From the sequence record PZ338878.1: a stretch of DNA of 64,000 nucleotides; one strand, written 5' to 3'. The translations under genes and the position numbers were made by a program. Below, in pieces: positions 54,175 through 64,000 of this stretch. The notes beneath the pieces were generated by a model, which was not told where the DNA came from, did no database searches, and saw only the letters and a list, made by a program, of their open reading frames with translations. The DNA comes from a phage. How positions within the stretch are numbered: the stretch's first letter is position 1; each line of letters starts with the position of its first letter.

Positions 54175-55044
54175 TTATTTTAATTTAAGTAAATACTTAC
54201 CGTAGTCTGTTTTACTTAAAACCTCTCCAGAACTTTTTACAGAGTCTAAAGTAATCCATTCATTTTTAAAAGCAATCTCTTCTAGGCATGCAACCTTCAT
54301 ACCTTGTTGCTTTTCTATTGCATGAACAAATTGAGATGCTTCCATAAGACTTTCATGTGTTCCTGTATCCAGCCAAGTGAAACCTCTTCCTAGTTTACAG
54401 ACACGTAAAGTCTTTTCTTTCCAGTACATCTCATTTATATCTGTAATCTCTAACTCCCCTCTAGCAGAAGGTTTAACGCTCTTAGCTTTCTGTATAACAG
54501 AATTATCGTAAAAGTACAAGCCTGTGATTGCGTAGTTGCTTTTTGGTGCTTTTGGTTTTTCTTCAATACTCACCACTGTACCTTCAGAATCAAACTCAAC
54601 AACACCAAATCTTTCAGGATCATTTACGTGATACCCAAAAATATTAGCTCCACCATTCTTTTCAATATATTCTTTAGTAGAATCTAAAATGCTACCAAAA
54701 CTCTGACCAAAGAATAAATTATCACCTAGCACAAGTGCTACAGAATCTTCGCCAATAAAGCTCTCACCAATAATAAACGCTTCTGCTAAACCTTTCGGGC
54801 TTTCTTGTATTGCATACTGTAGGGAAATACCAAAAGAAGAACCATCACCTAAAAGATTTACAAAATTAATTTGATCTTCTGGTGTTGTAATTATTAGTAT
54901 TTCCCTAATTCCAGAAAGCATTAGGACAGAGAGTGGATAATAAATCATAGGCTTATCGTAAATTGGTAATAGTTGTTTACTAACCCCTTTAGTAACTGGG
55001 TAAAGTCTTGTTCCACTACCACCTGCTAAGATAATACCTTTCAT
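54175..55044 (-). CDS. rmlA: glucose-1-phosphate thymidylyltransferase
   Basis: N-terminal [14 protein letters not shown]. Confidence 0.9.
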   Translation of the reverse strand: MKGIILAGGSGTRLYPVTKGVSKQLLPIYDKPMIYYPLSVLMLSGIREILIITTPEDQINFVNLLGDGSSFGISLQYAIQESPKGLAEAFIIGESFIGEDSVALVLGDNLFFGQSFGSILDSTKEYIEKNGGANIFGYHVNDPERFGVVEFDSEGTVVSIEEKPKAPKSNYAITGLYFYDNSVIQKAKSVKPSARGELEITDINEMYWKEKTLRVCKLGRGFTWLDTGTHESLMEASQFVHAIEKQQGMKVACLEEIAFKNEWITLDSVKSSGEVLSKTDYGKYLLKLK

Positions 55045-55052
55045 ACTCCTCC

Positions 55053-56042
55053 TTAAACTTTATTTTCCCACCACTCTTTGTTATCTACATACCAATCAAT
55101 GGTTGAATAAAGTTTTTCTTCAAATGTGCCTTTAGCTTTCCACCCTAATTCCTTTTCAATCTTATAAGGATTCACTTCATATCTTAGATCATGCCCAGGT
55201 CTATCTGTAACCATCTCAATTAGGCTACAAGCATCTGTTTCAGATGGATACACCGCATCCATATAATCACAAATCATATAGATTACATCAATATTAGTTC
55301 TAGGGTTTCTGCTCCCAATATTATATGTTTCTCCAGATTTGCCTTTAGTTACTACTAGGTGTAGTGCTTCTGCGTGATCGTCAACGTATAACCAATCTCT
55401 TACTTGAAGACCATTACCGTAAACAGGGATTGGTTTATGCATCAAGATATTTGTTATCGTTTTAGGTATTAGTTTTTCTGGATGATGATATGCTCCAAAA
55501 TTATTTGAACAATTTGTTATAACTGTCGGAATACCATAAGTACGATGCCACGCTCTTACCAAATGATCGCTTGCAGCTTTAGATGCAGCATATGGACTAC
55601 TTGGTTTATAAGGATTCTGTTCTGTAAACGGATAATCCCCTTCTTCCATATCACCATACACTTCATCTGTTGAAATATGATGAAACATTTTAAGATTTGA
55701 TTTATCTCCCATTAAACGAACAGCTTCTAGAAGATTAAATGTTCCAACAATATTTGAATTTATAAAAACACTCGGTGATGCTATTGAATTATCTACGTGA
55801 CTTTCTGCTGCAAGATGCATTATATAATCTGGATTAACATCTGCCACAATCTTAGCAGTTAACTGAGCATTTGTCAAGTCAACACGACAAAACTTTACAT
55901 TAGGTGTTTCTGATAAATTTCTAGGGTCTGAAGCGTAACCCCATTTATCTATAACGTAAATATCATTCTTAGTATTTTTAGCCAGGAAACGAACTACTGC
56001 ACTTCCAATAAAGCCTAAACCACCTGTTACTAAGTATTTCAT
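55053..56042 (-). CDS. rmlB: dTDP-glucose 4,6-dehydratase
   Basis: TGGLGFIGS and YAASKAASD (YxxxK). Confidence 0.9.
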   Translation of the reverse strand: MKYLVTGGLGFIGSAVVRFLAKNTKNDIYVIDKWGYASDPRNLSETPNVKFCRVDLTNAQLTAKIVADVNPDYIMHLAAESHVDNSIASPSVFINSNIVGTFNLLEAVRLMGDKSNLKMFHHISTDEVYGDMEEGDYPFTEQNPYKPSSPYAASKAASDHLVRAWHRTYGIPTVITNCSNNFGAYHHPEKLIPKTITNILMHKPIPVYGNGLQVRDWLYVDDHAEALHLVVTKGKSGETYNIGSRNPRTNIDVIYMICDYMDAVYPSETDACSLIEMVTDRPGHDLRYEVNPYKIEKELGWKAKGTFEEKLYSTIDWYVDNKEWWENKV

Positions 56043-56236
56043 TTAGTCTCCTTCCAATTATTCCCTTCAGTAAAAATAATACCTTCATAAAACAACCATC
56101 TGGAACCTTTTTCAACAGGAACAGGAATCTCTTCTTCAGTAAAGTTATAAACCTCTCTAGCATCTTCTAAAAGTGATGCAAATGTTTTTGGACTTACTGT
56201 TACGCGAGGAGCATTGATCAGTCGATCTAGCATCAT
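56039..56236 (-). CDS. hypothetical protein (66 aa)
   Basis: start at ATG 56236 with AGGAGG RBS. Confidence 0.45.
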   Translation of the reverse strand: MMLDRLINAPRVTVSPKTFASLLEDAREVYNFTEEEIPVPVEKGSRWLFYEGIIFTEGNNWKETK

Positions 56237-56249
56237 TCTACTATCCTCC

Positions 56250-56576
56250 TTACCAAACGTGTTGAGAAATAATAGTTTCCGTTTCAATGTTATATTTTTC
56301 AAGAAGTTGTGCGTAGGCTTCTTTTGCATTCTTATTTAGTTGCTCAAGATCTACAGCTATACTTCCTTCGCCACCTTCTAAATAAATGCCATATATGCAA
56401 TAAGATGCATCAGCGTCATAGAAAGGTGAGATACGGCTTAAATCAAGACCTTCTTGTAAGAACCAATTAAAATCTCCATCAAATTCTTCTTCAATTCTAG
56501 GATCTTCTCCTACAGCCTCTTCCCATTTATTAAAAGGTGCACCCTGTAACATACGCCATGCAATATCAACTCCCAC
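56250..56576 (-). CDS. hypothetical protein (108 aa)
   Basis: ORF. Confidence 0.5.
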   Translation of the reverse strand: MGVDIAWRMLQGAPFNKWEEAVGEDPRIEEEFDGDFNWFLQEGLDLSRISPFYDADASYCIYGIYLEGGEGSIAVDLEQLNKNAKEAYAQLLEKYNIETETIISQHVW

Positions 56577-56712
56577 TATCTTCCTCCTCTTCTTTTTCTT
56601 CTGTATGAACGAAACCTAAGCCGTTACAATTCCAACAAGGAATAAATTGTTCCATACTAACAATAAAATTCCCAGTACCACCGCAGACAGGACAAATACT
56701 TACATCGCCCAT
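56566..56712 (-). CDS. small zinc-ribbon protein (48 aa)
   Basis: hand-translated MGDVSICPVCGGTGN...CWNCNG...; GAGGAG RBS. Confidence 0.45.
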   Translation of the reverse strand: MGDVSICPVCGGTGNFIVSMEQFIPCWNCNGLGFVHTEEKEEEEDSGS

Positions 56713-56714
56713 TA

Positions 56715-56897
56715 TTAAAGCTCCTCAATCTTTTCTAACATCTGTTTTAACTCATTCTCTGTTAACAGAATTTCTGTGATACCATCATAAGTTTCTACCA
56801 TCAGAGTAAAACATTTTTCTCCATCTGAACACACAAAAGCGCCACCTTCATCTTCTGTTAAGTCAGAATTAATATCTACATCAACAAAATCAATCAT
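56715..56897 (-). CDS. hypothetical acidic protein (about 60 aa)
   Basis: start at ATG 56897 with AAGGAG. Confidence 0.45.
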   Translation of the reverse strand: MIDFVDVDINSDLTEDEGGAFVCSDGEKCFTLMVETYDGITEILLTENELKQMLEKIEEL

Positions 56898-57108
56898 CTT
56901 TTTCTCCTTTGATAATTTCAAACTTGGCTACACCATTAACTATAATATGACCGCAAGACATAACTCCTAGCCAATGATCACCATTCTTTTTTAAACGTTT
57001 GCCGTAAACATCACAGAAACCATTCTGTAATTCGGAAGCCTCATAAGAGGCTCCCTTTTCGAAAACGTCTTTGAAGTCAGAAATTAATCCAACACAAAGT
57101 AGTTTCAT
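56890..57108 (-). CDS. hypothetical protein (72 aa)
   Basis: TAATG coupling to nrdB. Confidence 0.45.
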   Translation of the reverse strand: MKLLCVGLISDFKDVFEKGASYEASELQNGFCDVYGKRLKKNGDHWLGVMSCGHIIVNGVAKFEIIKGEKDD

Positions 57109-58193
57109 TAGAAGTCTAACTCCTCGTCATCACTTACATCTTTATTTGCTGAATTCAGTTTGTAAGCTGTAATTTGGATCTCCTGTGCTGCTGCTTGAAT
57201 TTGATCTGGATTTAACCAAACATCCATCCAAGGCAGTGGACTTTTCTTCGGTGCACGGAATTTATGTTTCATTTTCAGTCTGCGATAGATAGGTGCAGCA
57301 TTGAAGTAAACCCAAAGTTTGAACAACTCTGCGTTACCACCAACGATAACCCTTCCTTCACTAAACAGATAGTCACACCAATCTTCCTCTTGTCCAACTA
57401 CCGTGTCAAGAATTTCTGTCAGAACGTCGATATTATCTTCGTATACTTTTCTCCAAACAGGATCTTTCAGCAGTGCATCAATAATAGCATAATCCATTTT
57501 AACGTGCAATAGTTCATCCAACATAATTTTTTGAATGAGTTTAGCTGCACCTACAAACAGTTGCTGCTCTGCTAAAGCAAATGTTGCAGCAAAAGAGGAT
57601 ATGAATTGAATGCCTTCCAGACCGATAAGTGCAATCATTCCTTTCAGGATCAGTAGACGAAGGTTATCATCCTTCTCAATCAGACCTAGAGCATATTTAT
57701 GTCCTGCCTCTGCCAGATCACTCATTATCTCTTCAACTATACCCATCCTCTGGAAGATTCTTTCGTTCTCCATAATCTGATCGATAACTTCATTTGGATT
57801 AGGGATACACTGACGAATAATTTCAGAATATGTCAAAGCGTGTAAAACTTCCATTTCCGATTGCTTCATCATCATTGCACATGCTTCGTTGTTGCTTAAA
57901 AATGGTGCAAACAAAGTGATAATTGATTTAGCAAGTGAATCATTTTCCCATTGGAAAGATAGGTTTTTGATCATAACATCATAGTTGCTTTTAGAACAAG
58001 CTACGAAATCTTTTCGTGTCTGATCTAAGTCTACCTCGTTTTCATCCCAATCTTGCTGTTTTTGTAGTTTGTACAGACGATGCATTTCTGGGTATGTTAC
58101 ATTAATAGAATCAAAAATACCTAACTGTTCTCCCAAAAATACAGGATAGAAACCTTCTTTGTAAGTGTCGTTGTATAAATTAATCGCTGCCAT
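57108..58193 (-). CDS. nrdB: ribonucleotide reductase class Ia beta subunit
   Basis: EDWCDYLF, NPLPWMDVWL and acidic C-terminal tail parallel E. coli NrdB. Confidence 0.85.
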   Translation of the reverse strand: MAAINLYNDTYKEGFYPVFLGEQLGIFDSINVTYPEMHRLYKLQKQQDWDENEVDLDQTRKDFVACSKSNYDVMIKNLSFQWENDSLAKSIITLFAPFLSNNEACAMMMKQSEMEVLHALTYSEIIRQCIPNPNEVIDQIMENERIFQRMGIVEEIMSDLAEAGHKYALGLIEKDDNLRLLILKGMIALIGLEGIQFISSFAATFALAEQQLFVGAAKLIQKIMLDELLHVKMDYAIIDALLKDPVWRKVYEDNIDVLTEILDTVVGQEEDWCDYLFSEGRVIVGGNAELFKLWVYFNAAPIYRRLKMKHKFRAPKKSPLPWMDVWLNPDQIQAAAQEIQITAYKLNSANKDVSDDEELDF

Positions 58194-58515
58194 TTAAATC
58201 CTCCACAATATCACACATTGCTTTTATTGTATCAATGTGTTTTCTCTCCATACCATTCTCTATGTAAGCCTTCTCTAATGCGTTCCATACACTCTTTGTG
58301 AGTAGTACAGTAACCTCTCCATCATATCTTGCCCTGGTTAAAGCATACCAGGTAGCTTCTGGATCATTGGAAGCCCATATTTCAACACTGGAAAATTGAA
58401 AACCTGCAATATAATGGCAACACCAATCGAATGTAAAATCTTTACTATCTACCAGTGTATAATTTCCCCAGCGTCTTTGTGGTGTTGCTCCAGGTAATAC
58501 AACTAATGTAGGCAT
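58180..58515 (-). CDS. hypothetical protein (about 111 aa)
   Basis: start at ATG 58515 after hairpin and AAGGAGG. Confidence 0.45.
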   Translation of the reverse strand: MPTLVVLPGATPQRRWGNYTLVDSKDFTFDWCCHYIAGFQFSSVEIWASNDPEATWYALTRARYDGEVTVLLTKSVWNALEKAYIENGMERKHIDTIKAMCDIVEDLNGSD

Positions 58516-58530
58516 ATTCCTCCTTAAGAA

Positions 58531-58548
58531 AGGGGGACAAAGCCCCCT
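58531..58548 (-). terminator. attenuator/terminator hairpin between nrdA and downstream gene
   Basis: GGGGG-ACAAAG-CCCCC. Confidence 0.5.
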
Positions 58549-58555
58549 AGTTTCA

Positions 58556-60817
58556 TTACATCTTACAAGCCTCACAACCGGATTCTTCATCCTCTTGAGC
58601 GAGTGAGGTTGCCGATTTTGTTCTGCTATTTAGATAGTACAAAGATTTACCACCAAGTTTTGCAAACTGAAGAATATATTGCATTTCTGATTTAATGGAT
58701 AAACGACCACCTTCCATCTTAGAATAGTCAATCCACTTATCACATGATGCACCTTGATCTAAGAATTTAGTCAATAATCCATATGCTTCAGCCATATCTT
58801 TATCTGGCGTATCCCAAGCCGATTGGTAAATATCTTTTAGTTTATCATAGTCTGGCACAATAAACAGGACATTACCTTTTTGGCTTTGTTTATAAACTAT
58901 AGTATCACGTACAGGATACACAGAGTTAGTCGTATTACTTACAAGACTACTGGACTCATTCGGAGCAATAGCTGCTAATACACTATTTCGGATACCGCCT
59001 TGTGCAATGATATCTTGTCGTAAACCTTCCCAATCCATTTTAAGTTTAAAATTGCCAATATCGTCTACAGCTTTAGCGTAGGTGTCAATAGGCAACCATC
59101 CTTCAGGCCATTTGGTTTTATGCATCCATTCTGCATTACCCTTCTCTTTTGCCAAACGAAGAGAAGCTCTTGCTAACCAGTAATAATGCCTTTCTGCTAA
59201 TTCGTGAATTAGTTTTTTGCCGTAAGGATCTGAATAAGTAACAAAATTACTTGCCAGATAATGTGCAAGGTTTGTAATACCTACACCGATAGACCTACGT
59301 GCTTTAGCAGTGATTTCGTTATGTTTAAACGGATACTGCATTGTTTCAATAACATTATCAATAGTTAGAACGGTATAGTATGCAACATCTTCATATTCTT
59401 CTGGTGTAACACGACCAGCTACAATAGAAGACAGGAAGCATAATGCCAATTCTTGATCTTCTGTATTCTCACCTGTGAAAAGATCAGTCATATTGTGAAA
59501 TGCTTTCGTAGGTAAGAAAATTTCTTGGCACAAGTTTGACTGATAAATAACATCCTTAAACGGAGTATGCTTATTAGCATTATCCGCAAAGAACATATAA
59601 ATACGTCCTGTCTCTGCTCTTTGTGTAATAATTTCTGCCAGAAGATCTCGTGCTTTTACAAACTTCTTCTTAATACGTTTGCGACTAACTTTTTCATATA
59701 CTTCTTCAAACTCTTCCTCGCTTTTATAAAGCGCCTCATAGAGTTCTGGTGCTTCGTCATAACTAACTAGCATCCAATCTTTACCTTTTGCTGCACGGCG
59801 CAGGAAAGCATTGTTTACTACGATAGAGTAATCAAGTTTATCTACTCGTTTTTCACTAACAGTAGTTGGGTTTTTCAAACGTACCAAATCTTCAAAATCA
59901 GGTTCTAGTATTGTAAACGTTACTGTTGCACTTCCACCACGACTTGCTTGTTTTGATGCTCCAACACTTGTCTCCATCCATTTCAGATATGGTAAAAGAC
60001 CACCGTGAACGATACGGTTGTTCTTAACACCTTGTCCTGTAGCACGGGTTTGGAGGTTAACACCAATACCTGCATTATTCAATGTATATTCATGCGCAAG
60101 ATAGTTAGCAATTGCTAAAGATTCTGCTGTATCATCTGCTCTAAACAGACAACAAGAAGCACTACCTTTAATCTTAGTACGCAAAGTTGTTAAATAAGGT
60201 GATGGTAAATTAATCTTAAGATCACTTACGTAGGTATATAGACGTTTAATGTCTTCTACTCTGCGATCTTTTGGTTGGATTTCCATTACCTTCATTGCTA
60301 CACCAATGAATAAAAACTGTGGTGATTCAAAAACAACATCATTGATCGCATCTTTGACAAGATACTTATCAACCATCTGGCGTAGTACGGAATAACCATA
60401 AGTTAGGTTTTTATCGTGATTGACAATTTTACCAATCTCAATAATTTCTTCTTCTGTATAATCCATTTTTCCCCAATAGCCTTTACTTACAGACATATTG
60501 TAGAAATCCAGGAGGGAGGGGATATTATGATATCCCCCATGAGCCTGTTTATAAATCATACCAAGAAGTAACCGACCTGCCATATCACTATATGCCTGAT
60601 CTTTCTTATCAATACATGCTGCTATCATAGCTTTATGTAAATCACGAGTAGGCACACCGTCGTAACAACGTTTAACAGCTTCAAGTTCAATTTCAGACCA
60701 ATTTAATTTACCAGCAGCAAACTCTGACCATTTACGAAGTTTTTCTGGATTAAATTCTTCTTTCTTGCCGTTTGTTTTTGTTACATAACGGATAGATTTG
60801 CTTAGATACTGAGTCAC
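58556..60817 (-). CDS. nrdA: ribonucleotide reductase class Ia alpha subunit
   Basis: 753 aa; active-site NLCQEI; C-terminal CEAC pair. Confidence 0.9.
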   Translation of the reverse strand: MTQYLSKSIRYVTKTNGKKEEFNPEKLRKWSEFAAGKLNWSEIELEAVKRCYDGVPTRDLHKAMIAACIDKKDQAYSDMAGRLLLGMIYKQAHGGYHNIPSLLDFYNMSVSKGYWGKMDYTEEEIIEIGKIVNHDKNLTYGYSVLRQMVDKYLVKDAINDVVFESPQFLFIGVAMKVMEIQPKDRRVEDIKRLYTYVSDLKINLPSPYLTTLRTKIKGSASCCLFRADDTAESLAIANYLAHEYTLNNAGIGVNLQTRATGQGVKNNRIVHGGLLPYLKWMETSVGASKQASRGGSATVTFTILEPDFEDLVRLKNPTTVSEKRVDKLDYSIVVNNAFLRRAAKGKDWMLVSYDEAPELYEALYKSEEEFEEVYEKVSRKRIKKKFVKARDLLAEIITQRAETGRIYMFFADNANKHTPFKDVIYQSNLCQEIFLPTKAFHNMTDLFTGENTEDQELALCFLSSIVAGRVTPEEYEDVAYYTVLTIDNVIETMQYPFKHNEITAKARRSIGVGITNLAHYLASNFVTYSDPYGKKLIHELAERHYYWLARASLRLAKEKGNAEWMHKTKWPEGWLPIDTYAKAVDDIGNFKLKMDWEGLRQDIIAQGGIRNSVLAAIAPNESSSLVSNTTNSVYPVRDTIVYKQSQKGNVLFIVPDYDKLKDIYQSAWDTPDKDMAEAYGLLTKFLDQGASCDKWIDYSKMEGGRLSIKSEMQYILQFAKLGGKSLYYLNSRTKSATSLAQEDEESGCEACKM

Positions 60818-60828
60818 TTCCTCTCCTA

Positions 60829-61089
60829 TTAATTGTGCATGTTTAGAACATCTACATCATAACCGCCACGCATCTCATTATATAAGCCATTTGCGTATAG
60901 AAAACCTTCAAAATGATCTATACCTTCAAAACCTTTTGCCTTTGCTTTGCGGTCTGCTTCTTGTCTTTTTGGGGATAATCTTTTAGATGTATCAAGGATA
61001 ACTGTTACATTGCAACCTAATGTTTCATCAAAATAGACTTCAATTTCACAGCCTTCATATTTATTACTTTCTGTCATTTGGCCTCTCAA
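60829..61089 (-). CDS. hypothetical protein (86 aa)
   Basis: ORF. Confidence 0.45.
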   Translation of the reverse strand: MRGQMTESNKYEGCEIEVYFDETLGCNVTVILDTSKRLSPKRQEADRKAKAKGFEGIDHFEGFLYANGLYNEMRGGYDVDVLNMHN

Positions 61090-61500
61090 TTAGAATTCAG
61101 AATCATCATCTCGTGATGGATCATGTTCATTTCCGAAGTCTTCCATTTTGATATGAGAGCTACCCCAACCTGTAAAATCTTCTTCTCCAAAGTGCAAAAT
61201 ATCTACACCTTGATAGATTCGCTTATATTTATAGTCTTGTCGAACTGGGAAAGTATACAATGTAGTATTTGCAAACACCACACGTCGATTGTTGTTACTA
61301 CGAATATTAACACCACGTTCTACTGTATAATGTCCATCGGTAGACATACCAAGCATTACTAATGCTGCTCGCAATGTGGTGTTATGATACTCGTGAGGAA
61401 TTTTTCCTCCGTGCTTTTTAGCCATTTCTTTCCAGATCGGTGTAGCCTTAATGGTAGACATACTTACGGTCGCCCAAATGGTTGTATTAATTAGTGACAT
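61090..61500 (-). CDS. hypothetical protein (136 aa)
   Basis: ORF. Confidence 0.5.
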   Translation of the reverse strand: MSLINTTIWATVSMSTIKATPIWKEMAKKHGGKIPHEYHNTTLRAALVMLGMSTDGHYTVERGVNIRSNNNRRVVFANTTLYTFPVRQDYKYKRIYQGVDILHFGEEDFTGWGSSHIKMEDFGNEHDPSRDDDSEF

Positions 61501-61597
61501 AAATTCTCCTTCTCTCTTTTAAGGAGAGCATAGCTCTCCTAACGTTAGCCTATACTACACGAATCTCAATTAAAAGTCAACTATAATTTTAAGTTGA

Positions 61598-62569
61598 TCA
61601 CCATTTTGTATGGTTCGTCAAAAGTTGACGATGTTGAATCCAACCACAGAAGTTTCCACTCCACAAACGATGTTTACGATCCATATGTGTAATACCTTCT
61701 TCCCAGGAGGAAGGGAACGGAGGAATATTAATACCACCTTTCTGTTGTTTTAATCCTGACAAATCCATTTCTTTCATTGGCGTTGCCTGGTGTTCAAACG
61801 GAGATGCATGTACCTTTTGTCCAGACAGCAAACGAGAATAGATATCCAATGCTTTATCTTTAGTATCATTCAACTTACGATAACTTACCTGAGCGCAACA
61901 AGAAGCTGAAATAGCTTTTGCTTCATCTTCTGTCAACACTTTCTCGTTGGAGAAGGTTTCACCCAAGAAATAACGGATCATACCAGTTTCTGGATCTCGA
62001 TCACGATTAACGTAAGGTGTATGCCATTCCCCTGGGAAAAGAAGATATGGTTCAGAAGATTCATACAGTTTTTTAATTTCTTTAGCAAGAGCCTCAATAG
62101 TAGGATCTGCATCAGCATCTACGCGCAACCACAAGAAGTTTTCTAGCTCTGTAGTGGTTACTACAGTCTTCATACGCTGAAATGGTTCTAGTAGGCGGTT
62201 TGCAACCTGTTTATGATAACCAGCAAGGGAAAACTCTTCTGCAAAACGTGCAGCACTTAGCGCAGCCAAGTCCCACCATTCTTTTGCAGTATAACCTGCA
62301 TCAATCAGGGCATCGTGATCTGTGCCTTTATCTTGCATACCTGGTTGGTTAGCACCAAAACGATAAGGACGTGCTGGAGATTGCCGTACCATTTCAATCA
62401 GGGTTTTAACAGGGATAGCTCGACTTGATGCGGCATTACGAGAAAACAAACGATGCGTCATCAATTCAGAGTGAATGATTCGAGGATATTCAAGTTCAAA
62501 GGTAACAATATCCTTACCTTCGGATGTTTGAGAGTGTGCAATAATTTTTGCTGAAATAGAATTTGTCAT
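61598..62569 (-). CDS. ThyX-like (flavin-dependent thymidylate synthase family) protein, atypical motif order
   Basis: THRLFSRNAASSR (RHR-x7-S-like), NFLWLRVDADA, HASPFEH motifs; 323 aa. Confidence 0.55.
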   Translation of the reverse strand: MTNSISAKIIAHSQTSEGKDIVTFELEYPRIIHSELMTHRLFSRNAASSRAIPVKTLIEMVRQSPARPYRFGANQPGMQDKGTDHDALIDAGYTAKEWWDLAALSAARFAEEFSLAGYHKQVANRLLEPFQRMKTVVTTTELENFLWLRVDADADPTIEALAKEIKKLYESSEPYLLFPGEWHTPYVNRDRDPETGMIRYFLGETFSNEKVLTEDEAKAISASCCAQVSYRKLNDTKDKALDIYSRLLSGQKVHASPFEHQATPMKEMDLSGLKQQKGGINIPPFPSSWEEGITHMDRKHRLWSGNFCGWIQHRQLLTNHTKW

Positions 62570-62578
62570 TATTTCTCC

Positions 62579-63169
62579 TTAAGGTAGTAAAATACTTTCA
62601 ATTTCTTCCCACTGATTATCTAAACCAGTGATAATTACATTAGGAAGTTTCTTTAACTCTTCCAAATATGGATCTTCGTAAATAGTGTTGAAATATATTT
62701 TCAACGTTTCATCTGGAAACAGGACAAGATTTTCAGCCCTATCGTCAATAGTTACATCGCAAGGTAATAAGTATTTTTCTTTTGTTGCGAAAAAGCCATT
62801 ACCAGATGTTCTACTAAAATCCACTTTATCTAAAGATCGTGTTACGTGTCTATATTTAGAACTAAGGTGTCCACCCTTAGTGTGGCTCGCTATAGATATA
62901 TTAGCTCCATTTGCAATTATACGATGAACAACATCTGTACTATTAGGTACTACTCCCATAGTATCATATAGATGTTGGTTATCCCAAAAAGAGTAAGGAT
63001 CTACACCAAATTGCTTTTTAAAATCAGGGAAATATTTCGTAATATCATAGTGCACAGTCTTATGTGTCTTATCAAATTTGATATTAGATCTACTTACCGC
63101 ATTTAACCAATTTAACCATTCTATATCCGCTGGAGCTATTACTAAATCCCAATCACATACTAGACGCAT
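62579..63169 (-). CDS. HAD-superfamily 5'-nucleotidase-like protein
   Basis: CDWDLV (DxD) and TIDDRAEN motifs; start at ATG 63169 with AGGAG. Confidence 0.5.
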   Translation of the reverse strand: MRLVCDWDLVIAPADIEWLNWLNAVSRSNIKFDKTHKTVHYDITKYFPDFKKQFGVDPYSFWDNQHLYDTMGVVPNSTDVVHRIIANGANISIASHTKGGHLSSKYRHVTRSLDKVDFSRTSGNGFFATKEKYLLPCDVTIDDRAENLVLFPDETLKIYFNTIYEDPYLEELKKLPNVIITGLDNQWEEIESILLP

Positions 63170-63716
63170 TATTTCTCCTGTTATAACATTTTCTACACAT
63201 TGTTTCGTAAATGTCTTCTCCTCCAATAACAATCTGTTCTTTAGAGTCGATAAGTCTAGCATTGAAAATAGCTTTTCTTCCACATTTACAAATGCTTTTC
63301 AATTCTGTAATTGAATCTGCTATGGCTAATAACCGTTCAGAACCTTCAAACAATTCTGTAGCAAAATCTGTTTTAAGTCCATAGCAGAATACAGGAATAT
63401 CGTAATTGTCTACCACATCTCCAAGAATGTCAACCATATCTTTAGTTAGGAATTGTGATTCATCCACAAATACTGCATCTACTGGATTCTCTTTAAGTTG
63501 TGTATAAATTTCCAGCATATCTTCTTTTGTTTTAACTGGTTTTGCTTCCTCTTTAATACCTATCCTAGAAGCAATAGCACTACCAGATCTGGTATCTAAA
63601 GCTGAAGTTAAAAGAAGAACTTTCATATTTCTTTCTTTATAGTTCCAAGCTGTTTGTAGAAGATGTGTGCTTTTACCACTGTTCATCGGACTATATCGGA
63701 AATAAAGTTTAGCCAT
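63153..63716 (-). CDS. tdk: thymidine kinase
   Basis: P-loop SPMNSGKST; overall parallel to E. coli Tdk. Confidence 0.9.
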   Translation of the reverse strand: MAKLYFRYSPMNSGKSTHLLQTAWNYKERNMKVLLLTSALDTRSGSAIASRIGIKEEAKPVKTKEDMLEIYTQLKENPVDAVFVDESQFLTKDMVDILGDVVDNYDIPVFCYGLKTDFATELFEGSERLLAIADSITELKSICKCGRKAIFNARLIDSKEQIVIGGEDIYETMCRKCYNRRNNASSM

Positions 63717-63730
63717 ATTTTCTCCTCTAA

Positions 63731-63750
63731 CGCTCCCGTTTGTGGGAGCG
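63731..63750 (-). promoter_or_regulatory. hairpin immediately 5' of tdk RBS
   Basis: CGCTCCC-GTTTGT-GGGAGCG. Confidence 0.4.
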
Positions 63751-63761
63751 ATAATACTTTA

Positions 63762-63998
63762 TTATTTCTCTTCGTCAAGAAGAATTTTTACTATTTGTTT
63801 TCTTCGCTTACTTACTGTACTTTCTGGTGAAATTCCGCGCTTCGTTAGCCAATTTTTATCCTTTTTAGACTGGCATAAAGCTATCGCTTCCTTCTCCGCT
63901 TTTGCTTCCCTGAATGTCATATCGTGCTTGTCAGCATAAGCTAGGATAGCGTTACACTGCTTACAAACTACACGCAGGTCGTCTTCTGTTACATACAA
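63762..63998 (-). CDS. hypothetical protein (78 aa)
   Basis: ORF near window end. Confidence 0.45.
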   Translation of the reverse strand: MYVTEDDLRVVCKQCNAILAYADKHDMTFREAKAEKEAIALCQSKKDKNWLTKRGISPESTVSKRRKQIVKILLDEEK

Positions 63999-64000
63999 TA

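Noticed and set aside
1-64000. tRNA genes
   Set aside because: Intergenic regions scanned by eye for T-arm-like GGTTCGAATCC motifs and cloverleaf-sized GC-rich stretches; nothing convincing. A tRNAscan-SE run would be decisive

Overview
AT-rich segment of a large virulent dsDNA phage (tailed-phage gene content: T4-type lysozyme, class Ia ribonucleotide reductase, thymidine kinase, ThyX-like protein, PhoH, glutaredoxin), broken by one assembly gap (N run 28692-28758). Layout: (1) minus-strand block 1-11277 with an intein-containing UvrD-like helicase and small hypothetical genes; (2) plus-strand block 11394-16005 ending in a P-loop ATPase / zinc-ribbon T5orf172-like / NADAR gene set; (3) about 1.2 kb of non-coding DNA 16006-17196 holding tandem ~70-bp repeats, a Fur-box-like array and a G+C-richer minus ORF; (4) 17197-27187, an array of about 30 small plus-strand genes, most with their own sigma70-type promoter followed by a conserved, covarying hairpin (GGCGGGAAATGGTTTCCCGCC) just before the RBS - the most striking feature; (5) a 1.5-kb AT-rich, palindrome- and iteron-dense non-coding region with more Fur-box-like sites; (6) a tightly packed plus-strand operon 29077-40098 with paralogous small-gene families; (7) minus-strand block 40274-63998 with Sir2-family protein, C5-cytosine and Dam-type methyltransferases, serine recombinase, Ser/Thr phosphatase, HslV-like peptidase, PhoH, lysozyme, a complete dTDP-L-rhamnose pathway (rmlABCD), nrdAB, ThyX-like, HAD nucleotidase and tdk. 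No tRNA, rRNA or CRISPR array was recognised. All calls come from reading the sequence and ORF track; no database search was run, so family assignments rest on motifs I recognise.
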